Under the pieces are notes generated by a model. It was not told the origin of the DNA, made no database searches, and was given only the letters and a program-made list of their open reading frames with translations. 64,000 nucleotides of DNA from Takakia lepidozioides (lineage: Eukaryota; Plantae; Bryophyta): contig CM060734.1 of assembly GCA_030704615.1 (NCBI GenBank), forward strand, positions 36,580,001 to 36,644,000. Reading direction: 5' to 3'. Every line of letters begins with the position of its first letter. Positions within the stretch are counted from its first letter, which is position 1. Of this stretch, positions 52,301 to 63,319 are shown piece by piece. A program made the position numbers and the translations under genes.

Positions 52301-52800
52301 CTTTGACCCACAACACTTCTATTTACTAGCTTCAGTACACCAGTAACTCCATAATCTCTCTGGTGAACTCAAAGGGGAAATTATGAACCCTCGATCTCAT
52401 CGCTTCCAAAACTTTGCACAACCGAGGTAGAGAAAGAATTTTCGATTCTCGTAATTCTCAGCCAATTTGCTAATATCATAGACAGACATTCTTTCCACGC
52501 ACACAGACACTACACTAAAAGAGACACAGGAAAATAAGTTGAGTATGTGAACCTTTGGCCACAGACGATCCGCCAACACAAAAAGAGAGAGAGGGAGAGA
52601 GAGGAAGAAAGAGCAAAGAAAGAAATTAAATACTTTCGCTGGGAACAAAAGTAGAGCACTAGACAGAAATAGACATGAGTACGAATAGTCAGCAATCGAA
52701 TCATCAAGAGAAAGTACCTGTTCGGGGACCAAGCAAGGGCTGTGACTTTGGCGATGGTGTCGCTGGCTGGCAATAGTGAGGTCAAGTAGCGGAGCTGCAT
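13308..52800 (-). CDS. IFT172: Intraflagellar transport protein 172 (N-terminal WD40 + TPR-like solenoid), ~49 exons
   Basis: Exons read by hand give colinear IFT172 peptides: [15 protein letters not shown] (52718-52800), [16 protein letters not shown] (51597-51696), [22 protein letters not shown] (51121-51221), [12 protein letters not shown] (50713-50839), [11 protein letters not shown] (48390-48475), WKPDG (47760-47855), [18 protein letters not shown] (47351-47459), [21 protein letters not shown] (46520-46612), [16 protein letters not shown] (43683-43754), LDEALIEFG (42685-42813), LEEEWGDWL (39066-39230), [11 protein letters not shown] (36130-36249), [13 protein letters not shown] (33660-33839), [11 protein letters not shown] (17020-17124), [10 protein letters not shown] (14736-14895), [12 protein letters not shown]..stop (13308-13472). 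Mostly GT-AG with consistent phases; three GC donors; two exons need a 1-2 nt correction. Confidence 0.95.
15570..15800 (-). mobile_element. Short family-A LINE 3'-end fragments
   Basis: cttatgggacaag and gaaatgaaatggtagtttataacg..agctcaaagagcttatgg match the family-A tail. Confidence 0.75.
15890..16905 (+). mobile_element. Non-LTR retrotransposon RT fragment (distinct from family A), antisense in an IFT172 intron
   Basis: [53 protein letters not shown]; internal stops; truncated at both ends. Confidence 0.9.
17875..20500 (-). mobile_element. RTE-X-like LINE (family A), best-preserved copy, 5'-truncated, with triple 3' tail
   Basis: Tether PFFDEEC, RT ([26 protein letters not shown]), C-terminal [23 protein letters not shown] zinc knuckle, 3' UTR hairpin and (CATTT)n tail. 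No endonuclease. Clade assignment is an inference from these motifs. Confidence 0.9.
21025..25495 (-). mobile_element. Cluster of at least 5 head-to-tail or nested family-A LINE copies
   Basis: Repeated C-terminal peptides ([13 protein letters not shown]) near 21180, 22110, 22880 and 24310, plus a decayed one near 21540; tails at 21030, 21950, 22650 and 22730. Confidence 0.9.
26555..27990 (-). mobile_element. Diverged family-A LINE copy, 5'-truncated in RT
   Basis: [41 protein letters not shown], tail motif at ~26570-26612. Confidence 0.9.
31430..32775 (-). pseudogene. cox1: NUMT: mitochondrial cox1 exon fragment plus 5' part of a group II intron with decayed maturase/RT
   Basis: 32692-32775 gives TMWGG..[16 protein letters not shown] (cox1 TMWGGS..KTPMLFAVGFIFLFTI). 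Downstream are RT0 [25 protein letters not shown]2 [16 protein letters not shown]3 [23 protein letters not shown] and RT4 [18 protein letters not shown], with frameshifts and RT1 deleted. Confidence 0.85.
36500..38925 (+). mobile_element. Nested family-A LINE cluster, antisense to IFT172
   Basis: Three bodies (~36740-37040, ~37041-37312, ~37313-38848), tail remnants at 36500-36690, and a second tail at 38850-38925. Confidence 0.9.
41845..42345 (-). mobile_element. Two tandem 3' ends of a second putative LINE family (B)
   Basis: Duplicated [20 protein letters not shown] and GHKAT..ttatgagtaca ends. The same terminus occurs alone near 15825-15880, 28545, 30908, 43620, 46235 and 50965. Confidence 0.65.
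43908..43982 (-). mobile_element. Solo family-A 3' tail (~75 bp)
   Basis: Hairpin plus (CATTT)n, starting ~16 nt inside the donor at 43999. Confidence 0.85.
47945..48097 (-). mobile_element. Solo family-A 3' end (~150 bp)
   Basis: [12 protein letters not shown]-stop, 3' UTR, hairpin and (CATTT)n tail. Confidence 0.9.
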
Positions 52801-53149
52801 TGTGGCATCCCAGGCTCATGTGATGCCTGCCACCACGCCAGGATCGTCTCCCTCGTTCTCTGTCACTATCTCTCTCACCAATTTGTAGTACGTATGAAGT
52901 ATGAAGGGGGAGCATGCAGTTTGAGCATCGGTTACAATACTGCCTGGGCCTAACAACGTCAAATTGGTAAATACTAAATACATACGTCAAACTTAAACAA
53001 ATACGTCCATTTGTGTTTTCTTTTCTTTTTTAACAGGGGGATTGTATACCTAGGATTTTTTATTTTTTTTTGAAGAACAGGGTCGGACAGAGGCGGCCCT
53101 GAAATCTTTATTATTAAAAAAAAACGAGGAAAAAATAACCTCGAGAAAC

Positions 53150-53600
53150 AACCATGAAGGATGAGAAGGGGGACACCACCCGAGGCCAAGAATCTAGAGA
53201 GGCTGCAAGATGCTATGAAGGATCTGCAGGTGGGGGGAGAGAACTACAGGAGGGAGATGATCTAGTGTCTAGTAGAATTGAAAGAAAGGTGGGCCTTAGA
53301 TTTGCCCTTCCTAAGTCCTAAGTCGTTTGTTCACGTCCGAATTTTAGGCTCCCTGGACTGTTGAGCGCTAGTTGTAGAACTGCCAACATGTCGAGAGGTG
53401 GTCATTCCAGATAATCGTTGATTGAGAGGTTCTTGTACAGAGGTGCCAGCCTTTTCCCAAGGAGTTATCAAAACCGAGAATAATTGCACTCTCCTTCCTT
53501 TCACACATCTAACAGCAGCTGTACACAGAACCCGCCACGCTTTCCGAGCTTCAGACCTAATGTCTAAGTGAACTCTGTATTTGCAAGTTTTCCAAAAAAC
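53150..53600 (-). mobile_element. Possible LINE 5' relic (ORF1 end and start of APE endonuclease) just upstream of IFT172
   Basis: Weak: LSFN..IISLL*F..FIASCS..ASGGVPLLI resembles the APE N-terminal GGV motif. Confidence 0.3.
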
Positions 53601-54414
53601 AAAAAAACAAAAAATAATATTTTTATTATTTTTTGTTTTTTCCCCTCTGAATGTGCCAGATGAAGGTGACGTTGATGCCAACTTAATCTGGCTGATCTTC
53701 TGGGCCAACAACACATGGATCCCTGCGCACATGTTGTTGCAGTCATCCATGGTTCACTTATCTGGGCAATTTTTCATCCGACACTCATCCAATGTTCATC
53801 CATTCCCTTTTACGTTCATCATAGATACAATTCATTCGACAGTTTTTCATCGCACATTCGTGCCACATTGTCGTCATGGAGTCTGTCTGTCATCGGTCCG
53901 ATGGAGAGAAGATTGCGCCGTTGTAGTGGAGTTTGAGTCCACGGCAATAGGCCCACTTGTTCCCTCGCTTTTAGGGCCCACATCAATAATCTGCTCACGC
54001 TTACAATCTGCTCACACTTGGGGGAATCTACTCACGGATAAGGGAATTTGCTCACGGGTTCTACTCACGCCTTTGCTGCCCTCTGGGGAAAGTAACTGTG
54101 CGCCGTCGCCACCAGCAAGCCACCTCCAGCACAGCTAAGGAGAAGCAAAGCATACAAATGCTAGGTTTAAGAAGGGAGAGAGAGATATATACTTCCCCAC
54201 ACAAGCGCCACTATGAAACATAAAAGCCAGAGGAAGGAAAGAGATGATGTCATCACAGCGGGGTCTCCCACCTGTGAGAAGAGACAAGACGCCGCCATTG
54301 CGCATCCCCAGGAGCTCGTCTGGCATGGGCACGAAGCTCAGACGCCATAACTCTCAGCCCGCGAGCTCAAAAGCACGAGAAGTGCTGCTGACGGCGGGAG
54401 AGACACCCTAGGGC

Positions 54415-55045
54415 AAAGCCCGATTTTTCATCCGCGGAGGATGAATAATCAACACCATTTATCTCGAAAACCCGACGGATGTCATCCGTTAGCTAGGTTT
54501 AAATAGTAGATTATAGGGTAGGGGTTAGGGTTTTTCTCCTTAATTAGCCATAATTAAGGGTAGTTAAACAATTCTACATGGCCATCATAAGCTGCATTTT
54601 TCATCCGGTTCAGATGAAAAAAATTAATAGGTTCATCTATTTGGAGAAGGTCCATCAGTAGGATGAAAAAGCAATATACATCATCCAAAGCAACGGTTTC
54701 TCATCCTAACAGGTAATTCATCATCCCCTAAGAAAAGCCTCATCCAATACGGAAAAAAAATCATGAAGGAGGAATAAAACGAATTGATATCCTGGTATTT
54801 TTCATCCGGCATGGATGGAAAAAATATAGATGGGATGTCAGTGTCACAACCCCTACAGAGGTAATTCCTCATTCTCTGGTGACTCATCTAGTATAGATGA
54901 AAGTCAATAAGAATGAAAAATTATAAACCCTTTTTAGAGGTATTTTAGTGTCCACCCAGGTAATTCTTCCGGTATGGACAAAAAAACTTTATAGGGCGGG
55001 TGAAAACACTGTTTAGAGTCCATCTGGTATAGATGGAAAAACATG
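54415..55045. repeat. Fourth palindromic array (ttttcatccg..ggatgaaaa)
   Basis: ~10 degenerate units, for example ttttcatccggttcagatgaaaa (~54597) and ttttcatccggcatggatggaaaa (~54799). Likely a DNA-transposon subterminal region. Confidence 0.55.
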
Positions 55046-56989
55046 AAAAGAACACTGACGCAACCGGCCAAACGAGGTAAGGTTCATATATTTTCATCAC
55101 TGTCTCCCTGATGTTGTCATACTTATAAATTGAAGCTGTTTTTGGGCAATGACAGGGGCATCCTTACACGGTGGGATGCTGAGTGGGGCACCAATGTCAA
55201 CTCGACGGCCATCATTGAACACTCGGGGTGGTTTACACATCGTTTGAGACCGGTCCCGATGAAGTGTAATGCAAAGTGCTCGTCCGTGAGCTGTTGTATG
55301 CTGAAGGGTTCGAGGTTGTGAGATGGCCTGTTGCAGTGAGGCAATCTCCCACAGCCGCTATCAGTGAGTTGTCGATTAGCCTGATGTTCTCATCTGCCTT
55401 GGAACTACCTTTGTCAAGCCTGATGAGTGTAGCACACATTTTTCTCTTACAGGGAGTGCTGTGGTCGCATCTGTTGGAGACCTTAAGCACTACGCTTGTT
55501 CTCGGCTGATGTGGAGACATATCAAGGGGAGCGAGTTTGTTAAACAAGAATGGAGACAAAACCTCAAGGGGCCCAGTACCTTTTGCTAATCTGCGGAAGA
55601 TATCCAGCGCGAAGTTTGTTCTAGATTGATGGAGAAGCATACTGCAAAGATCTGGTTCACTGACCGACCATGGGGGCATAACTAGAGTAAAAAGCCACAA
55701 AAACTTATTGGGAAGAAGCGTGGAACTGAGGTGAGGAAGCTGACTGTGGGAGAGAGTGTATATTGTAAGCCTTCACTGGAGATGATGGGGCAGAAGCTCG
55801 CACGTGACAATGGCAAAAAAAAGGGGGCTCCGCAGTGCCATCGTAGTAAAACGGGAGTTCCAAGAACACCCCGAGCTTGCTCTGAAAAGCGACTTTCATC
55901 GAGATAACCTATAAAAGATGATGAGCCGTTGCAGTAGAGCTTGTCGTAACGTAGATCATTTTCTGATACAGAGAGGGGGGGGGGGGGGGGGGTGGAAGAG
56001 CACCCAGTCGCGTAATGGGTCTTCATCGCAGGGAGACAACTTAAAGCTTAAAAAATCACGAGTTATATAATGACTGTTTGTTAGCGGAATCCAGTCTAAA
56101 AACATCAAAGAAGGAGCTCAAAAGAAGCGCTATGATCCAGCAGTAAGAAGCATTGCTAAAACAAGGGGTAGCAGAGGCCATGGCGGCGGCCATGGTTAAA
56201 TATAGAGACACTAGTAAATAAGCGGAACCGCTAGTCTGGAGAGCTTAGGAAGACGAGGAGATTAGGGATTTGGTGGAACCCTAAAAGATAGTCATAACTA
56301 AAACCTTGCTAAGCCATAGACAAGATCATGGTGGGAGGGCGGAGCGGCGCTCTGCCCTCCCTCGTAATTCCTACGAAGACACAATGACCCTATGCAGGAG
56401 TAGTCTTCAAGATCAGCCTGGTCTTGAGGAAAATCGACGGAGACGCAGAGAAGCAGAGGACACTAGAGAGGTGTTGACTAGAATCTCAAGCATGACGAGT
56501 TATGCAAGGAGTTTTTGGAGAATTACAACACCACCGCTCGAACTACGCGTGTCCGCGACACGCAAATTCTCTTGACTGAGACTTACTTGGCGGAAGTCTT
56601 TCATCTTCCCGGCCAAGATGCCCCGATACATACCAACAACCTCCAAGGTTTGTTCTGGCGGATTTGTTTGACAACAAAGCACAACCCGATCAGGGGTATA
56701 TATGCAAAGACAACAAGGATCGGGGCTTCGAGAAGATCAGCCTACTACTGAGCGCGTTGCTTTGCCTCAGGCAAAACCACAACTACTGCAGCAAGGAATT
56801 TGTGGAACATGTATTGATTTGCCTCAAATAGACCAATAGATAGGTAATAGATAGACCGATAGATAGGTAATTTTCCACAGAAAATTCAGTAGCATAGGTC
56901 AAGCAATACAAACATCAGCGTTCACAGGTCCGTAATACATAGGAATCTACGGTTCCTGATTAATAATTGTCACTAAAACGATCAACATG

Positions 56990-57770
56990 TGCGATATTGA
57001 CTCAGATCTAGGGGCTCTTCTATACATGATTCTTCATCAAAATACCGTGGACCCCGCTTCACGTCGTCATGAAAAAAGATGTCCTTCACTATTTCGATGG
57101 TGGTTTCTTTTGGCATCAACATTGTCCGCCATAAAGCTTCACACCTGCCCAAATTCATACCCTTCCGCCAAAACGTACCCGATGCATAAAATTTTATTGA
57201 TTTTAGCATCGCTAACAGGCAGCCTGAGAATGTACCTGTTAATTGCTTCCCGGACCGTTGGTGAAAATGATAGATGAAGGCTCTTTCGAAAATATATTTG
57301 ATGGCGTAAAACACACACAGTTTTTGAGCTCTGCACTACCATATAGTGCAAACATTGCTTTCCCCTCTTCCATATCATGCGTCGTGACATTATGACTAAA
57401 AAAATTGAAATACGGTTGTCCGTAATCTTTTAAACAGTAGCCTAACATCCATTTCCATGTGTGCAACCGAACTTGTCACAATTTTTTACACATAACAGTT
57501 TGTCCCAACAGTGGTCACATGTCCCATCCTGAATATGTTTTTATCAGTTTGTTAACCTAAATAGTACTTGTAGTTAATATTCTGATTACCATCTGAAAAT
57601 GTAAATGGGACATCGTACCACCACGTTCTATAGCCAAAAATCCAGCGAGACAACTTTCTGTTATAAAATTTATTCAAAGAGGTGGAGTTGGACATCGCAT
57701 CCTCCTGCGCCAACTGTACATGACACCTCAAAAGGTTTTGATCCAACTCTGTCCTTTGTCGTCATGAGTT
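56990..57770 (-). mobile_element. Degenerate Replitron-type HUH endonuclease transposase
   Basis: Frame not shown as one ORF: FEVSCTVG..AIERGGTMSHLHFQMV (HUH, ~57585-57635)..VNKLIK..GWD..VMCKKL..LHTWKWMLGYCLKDYG (YxxK, ~57420-57445)..YGSAELKN..TPSNIFERA. Several stops; no helicase seen. Confidence 0.8.
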
Positions 57771-59599
57771 TCCTAGGTCGGCCCCTCCCTCTCTTCCCAC
57801 ACACTTGATCGCCTCCATTCTGGCCCCTCCTCTTCGCCTCTGCAGCTGCTGGTACTCTCCACTACGCTCCTCTTAGAGCATCCCCACCCTACACTAACCC
57901 AGCACGCCAACGGAACATGAGAGTATGGTGGGCGGGAAACGTCCCCCACCCATGCACTGAACCCTATATCCCGTGAAAAGCTCGGACTGAATATCGTTCC
58001 GTGCACTGAACCCGAGCGCTGTATTCTGCGCACAGAAAACGTCCCTGAATCCAAGTCAACTGACCAATCGCGTGCCTGTTAGCATCTGGCGGAGATCTTA
58101 CCCCTTCCGGCCAATGGGAGGCGAGGTGCGCGGGGATGGCGTGGGCGATTCAGGGACAAGGGTGTGCGTCGGGCTGCCGCGCCACAGAATCCAGCAGGCA
58201 CTGAATCGATGACACTATCTTTTGTGCTGCTGGGAGTTTTTCGGGCTCAAGGGTGGTGATGCTACGCTGGTAGAGTTCTGGCGCGACTACCGAAACACTC
58301 TCCAGGCTCCCTCTAGAACGTTCTCTGTTCTACAACGTTCTCCCCCACATCCAACAGCCACGTGGGCCCATGCCACGTACCACCGGCTTCAGACAAACTC
58401 CGAGATGTCAACTCCCTTTTAGTAGTCGATTTTATTTTTCATGCGGATGGGACACATATATCCCCATTTTTTTAATTCTTGGACCATCTTCTAATGGACA
58501 GGGCCCAAGCAAACTTGGGGTGCTTATATGCTTACTTTATCCCGAAACTTGCATACGAGGAAACGAAAATCCCAACCCTTTGCACAACAATTGAGCATCG
58601 CACCACGTCTCGCTACAAATCCTTCTGATGACTGTCCCCTCACAGCCAGAGGAGGAGCAATAAGTATATCCTCTCATTATTCACATAAATTATCCCTTAG
58701 TTGGGTGTAACTTTATTGATATTAATTGAACCAACATGACGAACCAAATGCTTCGTTTTTGGGATATTGGACGGTTACTGGAAGGAGAGAAAAAGACCGC
58801 ACTTTTCTTGAAGTGGATTTCAGGAGAGTTTTTTGGCTTGTTTGAGATTGGCAGCTCAAGTAGCTACTGAGAACACTGGGAGTCACACCAGCGATAGAGA
58901 CCTGCGTCGGTGGACGCTGGCAGTTTCGCTTATTGTTGCATGAAAATATGCTTAGTCGTTTCATGCATACTCCCAAATCTGGTCTCCGACTGTAGCAATT
59001 GTGTTCTGAAGTGGGTGACCTCTGTCCCCCAACCTTGAACTCCAACATGCACAAACTGATGTTATAGTGTGAGGGAGTCAAGCGGCATCAATCAATGACA
59101 ACATACCCAAATACCCTTACATGGGATGGGATCTTGGTGGGTTAAGGATAGCTTTTGACAATATTCATGCAAGTTCGTCAAGGGCTCCATCCAAAGCCAC
59201 ACCACAAGAAACAAACAAACATGTGCAAAATTTAAGATGCTGAACAAACTTGTGCACAGGGCTGCCCCTCTAATCAAGCTCATCAAAATTCGTATTCACT
59301 TCCATCTTCAAGCTTTGGAGAAGCTCCACCACCCAAACCCAGAATTAGGACAGCATTCTGATTTCCATCCACTGTCACCAAAGTCAGTCCAATATCACCC
59401 CTTCAGTCAAGTGCAATTATGGGCTGACTTCCCACCTATGCCGGGTAGACTCCACTATCATTTCCCGTGGATATGCCACAGGAAATGCACTCAACAGTAT
59501 ATCATGGTCAACACTCTCAGGAAATGGTGGATGATCTGAGTAGCTACACAGATCAATGAATGAAGCAAGACACTCGCATCTTTCCAAGGAAACATCCTT

Positions 59600-62500
59600 T
59601 CACCAGTAATCCCCACAAGAACAAATCCCATCTTCGAAGTGGTGAAAGCGGTTAGCGTCCCGTACAACAATTGCTCGGCCAACAATCTTTGAGATGAATT
59701 TGGTGGAGGTGTGGCAGTCACCACACACTCGAAGATTCTTGATGAGACGGAGAGGCGTCCTAGGGGTCGTGCTGATCAGCCCAAAACCAATGGCCAGCTT
59801 CTCACTGTGGTGGCAAAGAGAAAATTCCTTTTCCTCCTCCCCCACATCTTGCAATACAAAGCGCGTGTCAGGCACATACCCCGCCTCCTTCATCTGCCCA
59901 GACAATCTTCTCAGCTCAGCATGGATTTCCTTAATTCTGGGATGCAACTTGTCATCTACAACGAAGGTGTGCACCCTGTTGCCAACCTCAATGCAGCAGC
60001 GACCTGGCTCCTTTCTAACCCCTTTGACCTTCATCATTCTTCTCACCTTTGCAGTATCATCCCACCTGCCAGCTGCAGCATAGATGTTTGAGAGCAACAC
60101 ATAAGTCGCGGCATCCTGTTCATCCCACATGAGGATAGATGTTGCTGCACGTTCAGCCATCTCCACATTGCCATGGATTCTGCAGGCACCAAGCAAGGCC
60201 TTCCACACCACAGCATCTGGATTTATGGGCATTTTATTAATCAGGTCCACTGCCTCATCCAGTTGTCCCGCACGTCCAAGAAGGTCCACCATGCAGCCAA
60301 AGTGCTTTACTGTCGGAGTGACACCATGATCTTGACTCAGGGAATCAAAGTAGCGTCTTCCTTCATTCAGCAGGCCAGCGTGGCTGCATGCAGAGAGAAC
60401 ACATATAAAGGTGACACTGTTCGGCTTCAAGCCCTTCTTTTGCATTCCTTCAAATAGTTGCACGACCTCCCTATGACAACCATGCTGTGCATATCCTGCC
60501 ATCATCGCACTCCACGACACCACATCTCGTTCAGCCATATTGTCGAACACTCCCTTTGCGTCCTCGATGCTCCCACATTTGGCATACATGTCCACCAGGG
60601 CAGTGTTCAGGATCACATCTGGTACAATTCCAGCTCTGACGATGTCGCCATGCACCTCCTTGCCCTTTTCCAGGGCTGCCAGGCTTGCACACGCACTGCA
60701 AACGCACACAAATGTGATGTGGTCAGGCTTCACCCCTTCGCACATCATTTGCTCATACATCTCCAAAGCCTCCATCCCGCGCCCCTGCTGTGCATACCCT
60801 GCAAGCATCGCGTTCCACGACACCACATTTCGTTCAGCCATATGGTTGAGCACTCTCTTTGCATCCTCGACGCTCCCACATTTGGCATACATGTCCACGA
60901 GGGTATTGTTCAGAATCACATCTGGTACCATTCCAGCTCTGACGATGCTGCCATGCACCTCTTTGCCCTTTTCCAGGGCTGCCAGGCTTGCACACGCACT
61001 GCAAACGCACACAAACGTGATGTGGTCGGGCTTCACCCCTTCCCCCATCATTTGCTCATACATCTCCAAAGCCTCCATCCCACGCCCCTGCTGTGCATAC
61101 CGTGCAAGCATCACGTTCCACGACACCACATTTCGTTCAGCCATATTGTCGAACACTCCCTTTGCATGCTCGATACTCCCACATTTGGCATACATGTCCA
61201 CGAGGGTATTGTTCAGGATCACATCTGGTACGATTCCAGCTCTGACAATGTCGCCATGCACCTCTTTGCCCTTTTCCAGGGCTGCCAGGCTCGCACACGC
61301 ACTGCAAACGCACGCAAACGTGATGTGGTCGGGCTTCACCCCTTCGCACATCATTTGCTCATAAGTCTCCAAAGCCTCCATCCCGCGCCCCTGCTGTGCA
61401 TACCCTGCAAGCATCGCGTTCCACGACACCACATTTCGTTCAGCCATATCGTTGAACACTCCCTTTGCATCCTCGATGCTCCCACATTTGGCATACATGT
61501 CCACCAGGGCAGTGTTCAGGATGACATTTGGTACAATTCCAGCTCTGACGATGTCGCCGTGCACCTCTTTGCCCTTTTCGAGGGCTGCCAGGCTTGCACA
61601 CGCATTGCAAATGCACACAAACGTGATGTGGTCAGGCTTCACCCCTTCGCACATCATTTGCTCATAAGTCTCCAGAGCCTCCACCCCGCGCCCCTGCTGT
61701 GCATACCCTGCAAGCATCGCACTCCACGACACCACATCTCGGTCAGCCATATTGTCAAACACTCCCTTTGCATCCTCGATGCTCCCACATTTGGCATACA
61801 TGTCCACCAGGGCAGTGTTCAGGATCAAATTTGGTACAATTCCAGCTCTGACGATGTCGCCATGCACCTCTTTGCCCTTTTCCAGGGCTGCCAGGCTTGC
61901 ACACGCATTGGAAACGCACACAAACGTGATGTGGTCAGGCTTCACCCCTTCGCACATCATTTGCTCATACGTCTCCAGAGCCTCCATCCCGCGCCCCTGC
62001 TGTGCATATCCTGCGAGCATCGCGTTCCATGACACCACATTTCGTTCAGCCATAGTGTCGAACACTCCCTTTGCATCCTCAATGCTCCCACATTTGGCAT
62101 ACATGTCCACCAGGGCAGTGTTCAGGATCACATTTGGTACAATTCCAGCTCTGACGATGTCGCCATGCACCTCTTTGCCCTTTTCCAGGGCTGCCAGGCT
62201 TGCACACGCATTGGAAACGCACACAAACGTGATGTGGTCAGGCTTCACCCCTTCGCACATCATTTGCTCATACGTCTCCAAAGCCTCCATCCCGCGCCCC
62301 TGCTGTGCATATCCTGTGATCATCGCACTCCACGACACCACATCTCGTTCAGCCATATTGTCGAACACTCCCTTTGCATGCTCGATGCTCCCACATTTGG
62401 CATACATGTCCACGAGGGTATTGTTCAGGATCACATCTGGTACAATTCCAGCTCTGACAATGTCGCCATGCACCTCTTTGCCCTTTTCCAGGGCTGCCAG

Positions 62501-63130
62501 GCTTGCACACGCATTGCAAACACAAATAAAAGTGATGCGGTTGGGCTTCACCCCTTCCCCCATCATTTGCTCATAGGTCTCCAAAGCATTCCTACCACAC
62601 CCATGCTTGGTAAATCCTGCCAACATTATATTCCACGTGATCAAAGATCGTTGAGGCATTCTGTTGAACACTTGGTGAGCATCCAGGATGCTCCCGCACT
62701 TAACATACATGTTGACAAGGGTGTTGAGTAGAAAAACATTTGGCATGAATCCACCTTGGATAATGTGAGTGTGCACCTGCTTTCCAGCTTCCAGGCCTTT
62801 CATCTTGATGCACTTACGCAAGAGACAGACATACGTTTCTGAATCTGCTGAAATGCCTCCTTGGTTTAAAGTCTGAAGAGCCTCTTTCAGTCTGCCTGCC
62901 TCACAAAGCATTTTCACATGCCCAGAAGTGCCAGAAGAGGCATTGTGGACTACCTCTCTGGATCCTCTTCCAGAAGCTGTGGTCATGGTTGAGGTGCCTG
63001 ATTTTATCAACTGTGCCGCTGCAGCTGCTGCCTTTAGTTGACCATCTACCCATGCAGGTTTCTTGTCGCTATTGATCCACAGGGAATCATAGGTAATCCT
63101 GTGCTTGAAGTCTGGCCCTCTTGGATGAAT
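59600..63130 (-). CDS. PLS-class PPR protein with E1-E2-DYW deaminase domain (PG-box type, predicted C-to-U organellar RNA editing factor); begins with the second half of an OSB PDF motif
   Basis: Intact ORF of ~1180 aa with P(35)-L(35)-S(31) triplets, P2-L2-S2, E1/E2, KEPGRCCIEV (PG box), HHSEKLA, LRVCGDCH and terminal DYW. The listed ORF start is a GTG inside a probable intron; acceptor CAG|ATT at 63131/63130. Confidence 0.95.
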   Translation of the reverse strand: MHPRGPDFKHRITYDSLWINSDKKPAWVDGQLKAAAAAAQLIKSGTSTMTTASGRGSREVVHNASSGTSGHVKMLCEAGRLKEALQTLNQGGISADSETYVCLLRKCIKMKGLEAGKQVHTHIIQGGFMPNVFLLNTLVNMYVKCGSILDAHQVFNRMPQRSLITWNIMLAGFTKHGCGRNALETYEQMMGEGVKPNRITFICVCNACASLAALEKGKEVHGDIVRAGIVPDVILNNTLVDMYAKCGSIEHAKGVFDNMAERDVVSWSAMITGYAQQGRGMEALETYEQMMCEGVKPDHITFVCVSNACASLAALEKGKEVHGDIVRAGIVPNVILNTALVDMYAKCGSIEDAKGVFDTMAERNVVSWNAMLAGYAQQGRGMEALETYEQMMCEGVKPDHITFVCVSNACASLAALEKGKEVHGDIVRAGIVPNLILNTALVDMYAKCGSIEDAKGVFDNMADRDVVSWSAMLAGYAQQGRGVEALETYEQMMCEGVKPDHITFVCICNACASLAALEKGKEVHGDIVRAGIVPNVILNTALVDMYAKCGSIEDAKGVFNDMAERNVVSWNAMLAGYAQQGRGMEALETYEQMMCEGVKPDHITFACVCSACASLAALEKGKEVHGDIVRAGIVPDVILNNTLVDMYAKCGSIEHAKGVFDNMAERNVVSWNVMLARYAQQGRGMEALEMYEQMMGEGVKPDHITFVCVCSACASLAALEKGKEVHGSIVRAGMVPDVILNNTLVDMYAKCGSVEDAKRVLNHMAERNVVSWNAMLAGYAQQGRGMEALEMYEQMMCEGVKPDHITFVCVCSACASLAALEKGKEVHGDIVRAGIVPDVILNTALVDMYAKCGSIEDAKGVFDNMAERDVVSWSAMMAGYAQHGCHREVVQLFEGMQKKGLKPNSVTFICVLSACSHAGLLNEGRRYFDSLSQDHGVTPTVKHFGCMVDLLGRAGQLDEAVDLINKMPINPDAVVWKALLGACRIHGNVEMAERAATSILMWDEQDAATYVLLSNIYAAAGRWDDTAKVRRMMKVKGVRKEPGRCCIEVGNRVHTFVVDDKLHPRIKEIHAELRRLSGQMKEAGYVPDTRFVLQDVGEEEKEFSLCHHSEKLAIGFGLISTTPRTPLRLIKNLRVCGDCHTSTKFISKIVGRAIVVRDANRFHHFEDGICSCGDYW
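60480..62590 (-). repeat. Seven tandem 303-bp units (101-aa P-L-S triplet) inside the PPR ORF
   Basis: Anchor catcatttgctcata recurs about every 303 bp from ~60743 to ~62561; units are near-identical at DNA level. Confidence 0.95.
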
Positions 63131-63319
63131 CTGGACCCACACTCTACCCCTGCTCCTTCAGCTATCCATGCCTCTGCACAAATCATGCATACTTGCCTTG
63201 CTGCTAGCAGCTGACAATGACAGCCTAGATTTGTTCTAGGAAACACCCAACTCAGCTTATCACACTAGTTCCTATGCTGAATTGCGCCTGCTACTCTCTG
63301 TAATCTAACAGGCATTCAC

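Noticed and set aside
55100-56800. Several 60-155 aa ORFs
   Set aside because: No recognisable domains or consistent splice structure; probably decayed repeat sequence.
60458-62731. Long plus-strand ORFs (524, 274, 274 and 188 aa)
   Set aside because: Antisense shadows of the 303-bp PPR repeat; a stop-free frame is simply replicated.
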